IMG/VR virus record: IMGVR_UViG_3300016667_000085
Coordinates: 1-24,869 of that record
Strand: one strand, 5' to 3'
DNA: 24,869 nucleotides
Source: a virus
Lineage: Duplodnaviria > Caudoviricetes
Below are positions 17,441 to 24,869 of the stretch, one piece after another. Both the position numbers and the translations under genes were made by a program. The notes beneath the pieces were generated by a model that saw only the letters and a program-made list of their open reading frames with translations, made no database searches and was not told the origin of the DNA. Within the stretch, counting starts at the first letter, position 1. Each line of letters starts with the position of its first letter.

Positions 17441-18186
17441 TGTATTTAAGATATTTAGAACACGAAGGCATTGCAATCTCTAGGGGATTGGTAAGAGATG
17501 TTTCACATATTCATAAGTTTGGTGCTGTCCCTGCAATGTCAACAGGCGTAACTGGTACGGTTTGGGATAAAAGTGATACTTTATATCCCTGGTCGGCATT
17601 CTCATCAGCATCGGTTTTGGGTGTCGCAACATTTTTAGCAAACGGAACTGCATCAACATTAGATGATGGAAAGACAGTTACTATTATTGGACTTGATTCT
17701 AATTTCGATGTTCAGCAAGAGACAGTAACAATTGCATCTGGTGTCGCAACAACTACGAATCAGTTTATTCGTGTATATCGAGCATATACAAGTGCAGACA
17801 ATTTAACTCAAGTTAGAGTTTCTGCAAATGGAACTGAAGTTTTGCGAATTAATATTGGTGTAGCACAAACTCTAATGTCCGTCTATACTGTTCCTGCTGG
17901 CTATAAAGGATATCTGGTCAAAGGAACTGCATCATGTCAATACGGTGGTGATGCCACAGGAAATATGTTTGTTCGTTATGGCGGAACCGGTGCATTCAGA
18001 GTTGGTCATTCGTTTGAAGTGTCTGGTGCTGGCGGTCAATACGTGTATGACTTTCCTGTTCCAACTGAATTACCTGAAAAGACTGATATTGATATTCGTG
18101 TAACTGTAAGAACAAATAACTCCAGACTGACTGCGGCATTTGATATTATTCTAATCAATCAGGAAGGTTCTGGAGAAAGAACCTAA
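17440..18186 (+). CDS. beta-rich hypothetical protein, probably virion-associated
   Basis: 248-aa Gly/Thr/Val-rich ORF coupled to the previous stop (TAATG). Confidence 0.65.
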   Translation: MYLRYLEHEGIAISRGLVRDVSHIHKFGAVPAMSTGVTGTVWDKSDTLYPWSAFSSASVLGVATFLANGTASTLDDGKTVTIIGLDSNFDVQQETVTIASGVATTTNQFIRVYRAYTSADNLTQVRVSANGTEVLRINIGVAQTLMSVYTVPAGYKGYLVKGTASCQYGGDATGNMFVRYGGTGAFRVGHSFEVSGAGGQYVYDFPVPTELPEKTDIDIRVTVRTNNSRLTAAFDIILINQEGSGERT

Positions 18187-18264
18187 TAGGTCTTAATCAA
18201 AGGCTACACCTTTACTTATAATAACAAGACTAGAAAAATCTGGCAATAATAGGGCAATAATGAT

Positions 18265-19080
18265 ATGGCGGCTCAACAAGGATTTGTTTATGAAGAGAAT
18301 GCGACAAGATTCTTAAAGAAGTTTAAATTATCCGACGGTATCACCGCCGGTGCGTCACACACTCGACCAGATTTGATGCTGACCGTTCGTGGTAAAGAAG
18401 CCGGATGTGAACTTAAAATTTCTCCTACTGCTGGCGGCAGTCTGGTTATCAAAGCATATGCTTATAAAACTCCACACTGGCAGTTTGGCGAGATTGACCA
18501 TGACGAAACCGAAAAACAATTCTTGAAAGACTTGGCAATTCAATCTGGCGTTCTTAATGAAATTAATAGAAAGTGGGAAACACCAATCTTTAATATTGCG
18601 GATAGAACAAAAGATTGGGAACGTTTGATGTTAAAAATCCCACTCAAAGACAGATACTCATCAGACTTAAAGACTTGTCCGGATATTAAAATGTTGTTGC
18701 CGGCAGACGCAATGACAAAATACTACAATCTGAAAAACACATACTATATCAACGTTGGTACTCATGGATTTTATCTATTGGGAAATAAAGACCCATTAGG
18801 ACTGAATGAACGAATGAAAAAGGCAGGCAAGCCACTGATACCTAAATTTGAAGACGTTTGTAAGATTACTGCACGTGTTCGCTGTCAATCTAAAGGCATT
18901 ACAAAAGCAGATGCCGCAGAAAAGTCAAAACGAACAATTGGCGCACAAGGATATCAATTCACATTTACAATCGAATTTTCTGTGCCAAGAAACACTACAC
19001 CATATAATATTGCACCAATTGCAGGTGATAATAGTGTTGTAATCATAGAAAGCAAAGCAGATTTTACTTGTCTATTGTAA
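18265..19080 (+). CDS. PD-(D/E)XK restriction-endonuclease-fold protein
   Basis: GFVYEE helix, RPDLML and GCELK give the E...PD...ExK catalytic pattern. Confidence 0.62.
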   Translation: MAAQQGFVYEENATRFLKKFKLSDGITAGASHTRPDLMLTVRGKEAGCELKISPTAGGSLVIKAYAYKTPHWQFGEIDHDETEKQFLKDLAIQSGVLNEINRKWETPIFNIADRTKDWERLMLKIPLKDRYSSDLKTCPDIKMLLPADAMTKYYNLKNTYYINVGTHGFYLLGNKDPLGLNERMKKAGKPLIPKFEDVCKITARVRCQSKGITKADAAEKSKRTIGAQGYQFTFTIEFSVPRNTTPYNIAPIAGDNSVVIIESKADFTCLL

Positions 19081-19086
19081 GATTTT

Positions 19087-19094
19087 TATAAATA
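19087..19094 (+). promoter_or_regulatory. T4-type late promoter
   Basis: Exact intergenic TATAAATA. Confidence 0.8.
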
Positions 19095-19152
19095 ACACTA
19101 TGGGACAGTAAGGCTAAGGCAAACCTGTCAGGATAAGTCTAAGGAAAACTCC

Positions 19153-21471
19153 ATGAAAAATACAGTTGTACTCTCATTCGGAAGAATGAATCCCATGACA
19201 AATGGGCACGAAAAATTAGCAGACAAGATTAAGTCTGAAGCATCGAAGCGCAATGCCGATGCTAAACTGTATTTGTCCCATAGCACAAATCCTAAAAAAG
19301 ACCCCCTAGATTTCAACACAAAAGTAAAGTTTGCCAAGAAGGCTTTTGGACCTATGGTTCAAAACTCTGCGGCAAGAACTATCATTGAAGTTGCAAAAGA
19401 ACTGACTGGCAAGTATGACAATCTAGTTGTCGTAGTCGGCAGTGACAGAATCCCAGAATTTAAAACTTTGCTGAATAAGTACAACGGCAAAGACTTTGAC
19501 TTTAAAACTATCGAAATTATCTCCGCAGGAGAACGTGACCCTGACGCAGAAGGCGTAGAAGGTATGTCTGGCTCCAAGATGCGTGGCTTTGTGTCATCGG
19601 ATGATTTCAATAGTTTTAAACAAGGTGTTCCATCTAAGTTATCTGACGCAGACGCTAAGGCGTTATTCAATGCGGTTAAGAAAGGAATGAAATTGTCTGA
19701 AGAATTAGAATTAGACGAATCGGTCTTATCTCTATCAGCACGTAGAGAAAGAGCGCAAAGAGCAAGACGCATGGCAAAGAGACTTGCACGTGCTAGAATG
19801 ATTCACATGAAACGTTCTGCCGATACAGGTAGACTCAAGGGTCGTGCATTGAAAATGGCATACAAGTTTTTCCGTAGCAGACTTGCAGGCGGTAAAGACT
19901 ATGCAACTTTGAGTCCAGGCGAAAAAATTTCAATTGATACTCGCTTGCAAAAATCATTGCCTGCAATTAAGAAATTTGCTATTCGTTTGATTCCACAAGA
20001 ACGTAAACTTGAAATTCAACGCAAGCAACATGCATTGGTTCGCAAAGAAGGCTTAGACTTGAATTCAGTTTTTGAAGCATTCTTGAAAGAGAAGCCTGAG
20101 TTACCACAAGACAAAGACGTTGGTGACAAAAAAGGAACTCAACCAAGCAAGTATTATAAGGGTCTTGACAAAGACACTAAAGACAGTCGTGATGCACACT
20201 TCAAGTCACATGCACAGAAGAGCGACAGCGACCCATCATCATACAAAGATGCGCCTGGCGACAAAGAAGCACGTGAAAAAGGTATGCCACAATCTAAGCA
20301 TACTAAGAAGTACAAAGATATGTTCGGTGAAGCAGCCGACAAGAGACAAACATCTAGACTAGACACTCTAATTCGTATGGGTCTAGCAGATAAGGCTTTG
20401 CTTGCTACACTCAAGCGTTCAATCTCTAAACTTGAATCAGGCGAAACACTAAGCACACAAGAGCGTAATGCAACGAATGATTTGTTGCAGACTTTGCTTG
20501 ATATGGTTTTAAATTCAGACCAATTGTTTAGATTGACAAAAACACAATTGCAAAAAGAAGATTTGGATGAAGCAGTTTATCCAGGTAACATTGGTGCAAT
20601 GGAGATGTTCAAATTCTTCCAACAAGCAACACCAGGACAAAAAGACAACCTGAAGAAGTTGATTGCTGATGGTAAGAAGAAAGATGCATGGCGCTTAGTT
20701 CAACAAGTGACTGGCGTTAAGTTGATGGGCAAAGAATTCAACGAAGAGTATGACGAAGATGAAGTTGAGTATGACGGTCTTCAAATGGCTAAACTTGAAG
20801 TTGCTAATCTGATTGAAGACGCAGAAGATTTGCTAGACATGCTAGATGGCATGGATGAAGAGCCAGAAGCATGGGTAACATCTAAGATTACAAGAGCAGT
20901 AGATTACATCGGAACTGTTCGTGATTATCTTGATTTTGAAGACGAATATTCAGACGATGAAGGAGAACCAGAAGATGATGAAGACTATGATGAAGACGAA
21001 TTGGACTCCGAACTCATGGGTATGGAACCAGCAGACTTTGGTGAAATGTATGAAGATTTCAAACCTATTCTAGAAGAGATTGATGGTTTGAAAAAGAAAG
21101 CAGAAAAGTCGGGTATTCCATACGGCATTCTAAAGAAAGTTTACGACCGTGGCATGGCGGCATGGAAGGGCGGTCATCGTCCAGGAACAACACCACAACA
21201 GTGGGCATTCGCACGTGTGAACTCATTCATCACAAAAGGCAAAGGCACTTGGGGTGGCGCAGATAAAGATTTGGCGTCCAAAGTAAACGAAGCACTTGAA
21301 TGGGGTACAGATGAAATGCGTAAAGCGTATGCACGTACAACACCAGGTCAAAGCGAAGAAATTGTGAATGCTAAGTATTCTGCTGACACCGCATTGCAAA
21401 TGATGAACGATGCAAACAGACAGAGACTATTCAAACTTTATAGCGAAGATAAACAAGATGATTCGATTTAA
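19153..21471 (+). CDS. HIGH-superfamily nucleotidyltransferase (cytidylyltransferase/NMNAT-like) fused to several small domains; putative internal head polyprotein
   Basis: FGRMNPMTNGHEKL (HxGH-like), VVGSDR and MSGSKMR in aa 1-180; then basic, acidic and DUF5824-like (VYDRGMAAW...QQWAFARVNSF) modules. Confidence 0.75.
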   Translation: MKNTVVLSFGRMNPMTNGHEKLADKIKSEASKRNADAKLYLSHSTNPKKDPLDFNTKVKFAKKAFGPMVQNSAARTIIEVAKELTGKYDNLVVVVGSDRIPEFKTLLNKYNGKDFDFKTIEIISAGERDPDAEGVEGMSGSKMRGFVSSDDFNSFKQGVPSKLSDADAKALFNAVKKGMKLSEELELDESVLSLSARRERAQRARRMAKRLARARMIHMKRSADTGRLKGRALKMAYKFFRSRLAGGKDYATLSPGEKISIDTRLQKSLPAIKKFAIRLIPQERKLEIQRKQHALVRKEGLDLNSVFEAFLKEKPELPQDKDVGDKKGTQPSKYYKGLDKDTKDSRDAHFKSHAQKSDSDPSSYKDAPGDKEAREKGMPQSKHTKKYKDMFGEAADKRQTSRLDTLIRMGLADKALLATLKRSISKLESGETLSTQERNATNDLLQTLLDMVLNSDQLFRLTKTQLQKEDLDEAVYPGNIGAMEMFKFFQQATPGQKDNLKKLIADGKKKDAWRLVQQVTGVKLMGKEFNEEYDEDEVEYDGLQMAKLEVANLIEDAEDLLDMLDGMDEEPEAWVTSKITRAVDYIGTVRDYLDFEDEYSDDEGEPEDDEDYDEDELDSELMGMEPADFGEMYEDFKPILEEIDGLKKKAEKSGIPYGILKKVYDRGMAAWKGGHRPGTTPQQWAFARVNSFITKGKGTWGGADKDLASKVNEALEWGTDEMRKAYARTTPGQSEEIVNAKYSADTALQMMNDANRQRLFKLYSEDKQDDSI

Positions 21472-22003
21472 AAATTTTGTAGAAGTTAGCGAAGCACTAC
21501 AGTGGCATGTTAACAATCAACAGCCACTCAGCGAAAACGTTTTTCGTGTAGGCTCAAAGAGTTATTTTGACCTCTATCGTGAAGCAAGAAAGTTGCACGA
21601 AGAAGGTGTTGTTCAACTTGACGGTTGGGACAAATATCTTTTAGAAGAAACGGATATCGGTAAGTTTGATATCTACGAAGACAAACCTGTTCCTCTTGAC
21701 TGCCCTATGATAATGGAAGAAGAGGACGAGAAAGACCCACCTTTGAATAAGCCAAAGCGTGGTGGTCCTAAGAAATTTTATGTGTATGTGCGTAAGCCAG
21801 ATGGCGGTATTAAGAAAGTTACATGGGGAGACACTACAGGTCTTTCAGTTAAGTTGAATGACCCTGAAGCAAGAAAGTCATTCGCCGCAAGACACCAATG
21901 CTCTACACAAAAAGATAGAACGTCAGCCGCATATTGGGCGTGCAATACACCACGTTATGCTAAACAATTAGGATTGAGTGGCGGTGGAAACTTCTACTGG
22001 TAA
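21458..22003 (+). CDS. conserved hypothetical protein, putative internal head protein
   Basis: Likely start at ATG 21458 (MIRFKNFVEVSE); C-terminal domain LNKPKRGGPKKFYVYV...RKSFAARHQC...YWAC. Confidence 0.7.
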   Translation: MIRFKNFVEVSEALQWHVNNQQPLSENVFRVGSKSYFDLYREARKLHEEGVVQLDGWDKYLLEETDIGKFDIYEDKPVPLDCPMIMEEEDEKDPPLNKPKRGGPKKFYVYVRKPDGGIKKVTWGDTTGLSVKLNDPEARKSFAARHQCSTQKDRTSAAYWACNTPRYAKQLGLSGGGNFYW

Positions 22004-22271
22004 GCCATACAAAGATAAGCCGCTAGATACAGGTCGATTTCTTAGAAAGTTTGATAAAGACATTGACACTAGCGAATTGATTTGGCATAGAGATAGAAAG
22101 ACAAGAATTATTACAGTCATGGGTGGGGAAGATTGGCAATTGCAGTTTGATGACCAACTACCAATGATGCTAGAAAAGAATAAAGAGTATAGGATTCAAA
22201 AAGAAACCTATCACAGAATTATAAAAGGCAACGGGACTTTAGTCTTAGAGATAACAGAATTAGGAGATTAA
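21978..22271 (+). CDS. small cupin-like protein
   Basis: LIWHRD and IQKETYHRIIKG resemble the two cupin metal-binding motifs; GTG start. Confidence 0.55.
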   Translation: MAVETSTGKPYKDKPLDTGRFLRKFDKDIDTSELIWHRDRKTRIITVMGGEDWQLQFDDQLPMMLEKNKEYRIQKETYHRIIKGNGTLVLEITELGD

Positions 22272-22273
22272 CA

Positions 22274-23566
22274 ATGTCAATGCATAAATTTGGTGTTCCA
22301 CTCTCGCTTATTGAAGCGGTAAAGAGTATCGTCAATCCTGCGAAGAAAGAGACAATTGCAGAAGGACAATCTAACATTTGTCCTGTGTGCGAACATGACC
22401 CTTGCATTTGTGAAACAGGTCAACATATTGATGAAGCATCTTCGGCGGCACAACAAGCGGCTATTGCTATCGCCATGAAGAAGGATGGTAAGAAACCAAA
22501 AGACATGCAAGAGGCTGAAGGCGGCGGAACATCAATCAAAGACCCTAAAGACCAAGCAACGGCACAAGCGGCACGTGCTAAGATTACATTGCAGTCTGCT
22601 ATGCTTAAATTGAAGCAAGCAAAAGAGCGTGAAGCATTGGCTAAGAAAAAGAAGTCTATCAAAGAGTCATTCTCTCAAGCACAGATTGACAAGATGAAAG
22701 ATGAGTATTCTAAGATTAATACAATTGACCCATCAAGCCCAAACTATAAGAAGTTGATTGCAACGCTAGATAAATTAGATAAGCCAACACTTGAGAAACT
22801 TGCTGGCGCAGGTATCAAGTTTGTTTCTGGTCTAGCGAAGAATCGTGTATCACGTAAGACAGTTAAAGAAGCGTTGTCCGATAAACAAAAGCAACTTGAC
22901 AAAAACAAGAACGGCAAGATTGACGGAGATGATTTATCAAAGTTGCGTGGTGAAGAATTATCAGACAAGCAAAAGAAAATCGACTTGAACAAGAATGGCA
23001 AGATTGATGGTTCTGATTTGGCTAAATTACGCAAAGAAGAAGTTGAAATTGACGAAGCGAAGTCTGATTATGAAATCTATCACAAAGACTTTTCTACAGC
23101 AGTTCAACATGCTATTAAGACAGCAGAAAAGCGTGGCTATGAAGTAGACATGGACGATTGGCATGATAAAGTTGCTACAGGTCCACGTAAGCCAAGCGAA
23201 GGCAAAACAAATTCATATTCAATTAAGTTGAGTAAAGCAGGAAAGCCACAAAAGAAAGCACTTCAAATGCAAGTGTACAATAAAGGTGGACAAAATCCAT
23301 ACGAATTGAATATGTACATTGAAGCGACAGAATTCAAACAAGGCGGCGAAGAACTCGCTAAGAAGTTTGAAAAAGCATTTGCAAAGTCTGGCGTCAAGAC
23401 AAAGATTAAAATGAAAACAGTTGGTAATATTTCTGTGAATGAAGAAGACAAGAAAGCAGAAGCAACTTCAACAGACAATAAAAAATCTGTAAAGGCAGGC
23501 GACAAGTTGACTGGTAAGAAAGAGCCAATCACACTTGAACCTGAGATTCAAACGAACAAACAATAA
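22274..23566 (+). CDS. Lys-rich modular protein with two EF-hand-like repeats; putative internal head protein
   Basis: AGGAG SD; CPVCEHDPCIC; DKNKNGKIDGDD and DLNKNGKIDGSD loops; many hydrophobic-x-E sites. Confidence 0.72.
   Translation: MSMHKFGVPLSLIEAVKSIVNPAKKETIAEGQSNICPVCEHDPCICETGQHIDEASSAAQQAAIAIAMKKDGKKPKDMQEAEGGGTSIKDPKDQATAQAARAKITLQSAMLKLKQAKEREALAKKKKSIKESFSQAQIDKMKDEYSKINTIDPSSPNYKKLIATLDKLDKPTLEKLAGAGIKFVSGLAKNRVSRKTVKEALSDKQKQLDKNKNGKIDGDDLSKLRGEELSDKQKKIDLNKNGKIDGSDLAKLRKEEVEIDEAKSDYEIYHKDFSTAVQHAIKTAEKRGYEVDMDDWHDKVATGPRKPSEGKTNSYSIKLSKAGKPQKKALQMQVYNKGGQNPYELNMYIEATEFKQGGEELAKKFEKAFAKSGVKTKIKMKTVGNISVNEEDKKAEATSTDNKKSVKAGDKLTGKKEPITLEPEIQTNKQ
22874..23041 (+). repeat. 2 x 84-bp (28-aa) in-frame diverged tandem repeat
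   Basis: LSDKQKQLDKNKNGKIDGDDLSKLRGEE / LSDKQKKIDLNKNGKIDGSDLAKLRKEE. Confidence 0.85.
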
Positions 23567-24057
23567 TGAACGATTTACCTCAAATCTACTGCGATATGGA
23601 CCAGGTCCTTGTGAACTTCATGGGTGGAGCAAACAAGGTTTTGGTCGATAACGGGCATCAACCATTTCAGCATACCGAAAAGGATGTGAAGTGGCAAGTA
23701 TTGTCTTCCGTGCCTAAGTTTTGGGCAAACTTGGAGCCAATGCCTGATGCCATGTTATTATGGAGATTCATTCGACCGCATGACCCAATGATTCTTTCTA
23801 CACCATCGAAAAGAATGCCTACGTGCAAACCAGAAAAATTAGAATGGATTCGTAAGCATTTGGGGCATGTAAAAGAAGTACATTTAGTACCACGTGAGGA
23901 TAAGCAAAAGTTTGCCGTTAATTCCGACGGCACGCCAAACTTATTGATTGACGACTACGAAAAGAATATCCGAGAGTGGGAAGCCGCAGGAGGAATCGGG
24001 GTACGACATATAAATAGTATGAACACTATTTCTCAATTACGAAAACTAGGATATTAA
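23566..24057 (+). CDS. HAD-superfamily 5'(3')-deoxyribonucleotidase-like phosphatase
   Basis: IYCDMDQVL (motif I), ILST (II), K (III), LLIDD (IV), WEAAGGIG. Confidence 0.82.
   Translation: MNDLPQIYCDMDQVLVNFMGGANKVLVDNGHQPFQHTEKDVKWQVLSSVPKFWANLEPMPDAMLLWRFIRPHDPMILSTPSKRMPTCKPEKLEWIRKHLGHVKEVHLVPREDKQKFAVNSDGTPNLLIDDYEKNIREWEAAGGIGVRHINSMNTISQLRKLGY
24009..24016 (+). promoter_or_regulatory. T4-type late promoter inside the 3' end of the HAD gene
   Basis: Exact TATAAATA about 57 nt upstream of the structural gene start. Confidence 0.7.
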
Positions 24058-24072
24058 ACAAAGGAGATAACC

Positions 24073-24843
24073 ATGGCACTATGGGGAAGCAGAGATTCAT
24101 TCTCAATCACAGGTACAGTTGCATTTGTTAATGCATCAGCAACAGTTACTGGTACGGGCACAGCATTCGACACCGAGTTGGAAATTGGTGATGCAATCGT
24201 AACATCAAGCGGCACAAAGTTTAAAGTTACTGGCATCGCAAGTAACACATCTTTGACTATTGACCCTGCTTGGGCTACAACAAACGCATCAAGCCAAACA
24301 ATTACTGGTCAAGACGCACCTAAATTCATGCCTATCATCGATGGCACAATTCAAGGTCAAAGAGCAGTTTATGGTGTTGACCAAAACGAAGCACTTGCGG
24401 AAACAACAAATCCAGGTTGGATTCACGTAAATGAATACACAGATATGCACGGCAATTCACGTAAGAAAAATGAAGTTCTAGTGGCTTCTTCTTCATACAC
24501 AGGTGATGCTGAAGATACAGTATTCCCAGACGCAGTTATTACAATTGTTACACAACCATCTAATAGCACAGCGGCTGCCGATAGCGCAGTTTCATTCACT
24601 GTTGTTCCATCAGTTCTACCTACTGGCACAACAATCAACTATCGTTGGCAACGTGCCGCTAATGCTAACGTAGCATTCAGCGACTTGACAAACACAGGTA
24701 CATACAGCAACACTACAACAGCAACATTGAACATTGCAAACAACTCACTTGCAACAAGCGGTTCTATCTACCGTGTTCAGTTGTCTGCCGCTGGAGTTAC
24801 TGCAAACACAGTATCTGCAAACGCAACATTGACAATTGCTTAA
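24073..24843 (+). CDS. virion structural/fibre-like protein with a C-terminal Ig-like domain
   Basis: MALWG start, Thr/Ala-rich; ITIVTQP...YRWQ...TATLNI...YRVQLS...ATLTIA Ig pattern; AAGGAG SD. Confidence 0.75.
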   Translation: MALWGSRDSFSITGTVAFVNASATVTGTGTAFDTELEIGDAIVTSSGTKFKVTGIASNTSLTIDPAWATTNASSQTITGQDAPKFMPIIDGTIQGQRAVYGVDQNEALAETTNPGWIHVNEYTDMHGNSRKKNEVLVASSSYTGDAEDTVFPDAVITIVTQPSNSTAAADSAVSFTVVPSVLPTGTTINYRWQRAANANVAFSDLTNTGTYSNTTTATLNIANNSLATSGSIYRVQLSAAGVTANTVSANATLTIA

Positions 24844-24852
24844 ATAAACATG

Positions 24853-24869
24853 GGGGCTTAACCAGCCCC
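24853..24869 (+). terminator. probable terminator hairpin, truncated by the window end
   Basis: GGGGCT-taacc-AGCCCC just after the stop; the U-tract would lie outside the window. Confidence 0.55.

Noticed and set aside
18213-18222. TATAAT on + and TATAAGTA on - in the 18187-18264 gap
   Set aside because: No good -35 and only an imperfect late consensus; expected by chance in AT-rich DNA.
19116-19145. GGCAAACC and GTCTAAGG words reminiscent of a c-di-GMP-I riboswitch
   Set aside because: Too short, and the GNRA-capped stem and GACGCAAAGC core are missing; kept only as an unexplained duplicated motif.
20740-21060. GAY/GAR-rich stretch as a repeat array or CRISPR
   Set aside because: It is the coding sequence of an Asp/Glu-rich protein segment with no fixed repeat-spacer structure.
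101-24638. Many minus-strand and alternate-frame ORFs in the supplied track
   Set aside because: They overlap well-supported + strand genes, lack recognisable motifs, and look like antisense or frame shadows.
1-24869. Alternative genetic code or stop-codon recoding
   Set aside because: Core genes are full length under the standard code and tile the window without fragmentation.

Overview
A 24.9 kb, AT-rich, gene-dense fragment of a large T4-like (Tevenvirinae/Kyanoviridae-like, probably environmental) myophage genome, with every credible gene on the + strand. The left two-thirds is the T4-type replication module: CobS/MoxR-like AAA ATPase, gp45 clamp, DsbA-like protein, gp44/gp62 clamp loader, RegA, gp43 polymerase, UvsX, a gp40-position gene and gp41 helicase. 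It is driven by near-consensus sigma70 promoters and interrupted by accessory genes: a glycosyltransferase, a Tat-signal protein, Dps, a small secreted protein, and a late-promoter Hsp20 operon with a ROSE-like RNA thermometer and two unannotated micro-ORFs. The right third is a late-promoter (TATAAATA) block encoding a ligase-like nucleotidyltransferase, a PD-(D/E)XK nuclease-like protein, a 772-aa HIGH-nucleotidyltransferase fusion that looks like a prohead-protease-cleaved polyprotein, further putative internal head proteins, a cupin, a HAD nucleotidase and an Ig-domain virion protein. The most interesting candidate system is this late, apparently capsid-packaged and protease-processed enzyme/effector cassette. 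Family calls come from motif recognition only; no database search was run. No tRNA, CRISPR array, intron or intein was seen.
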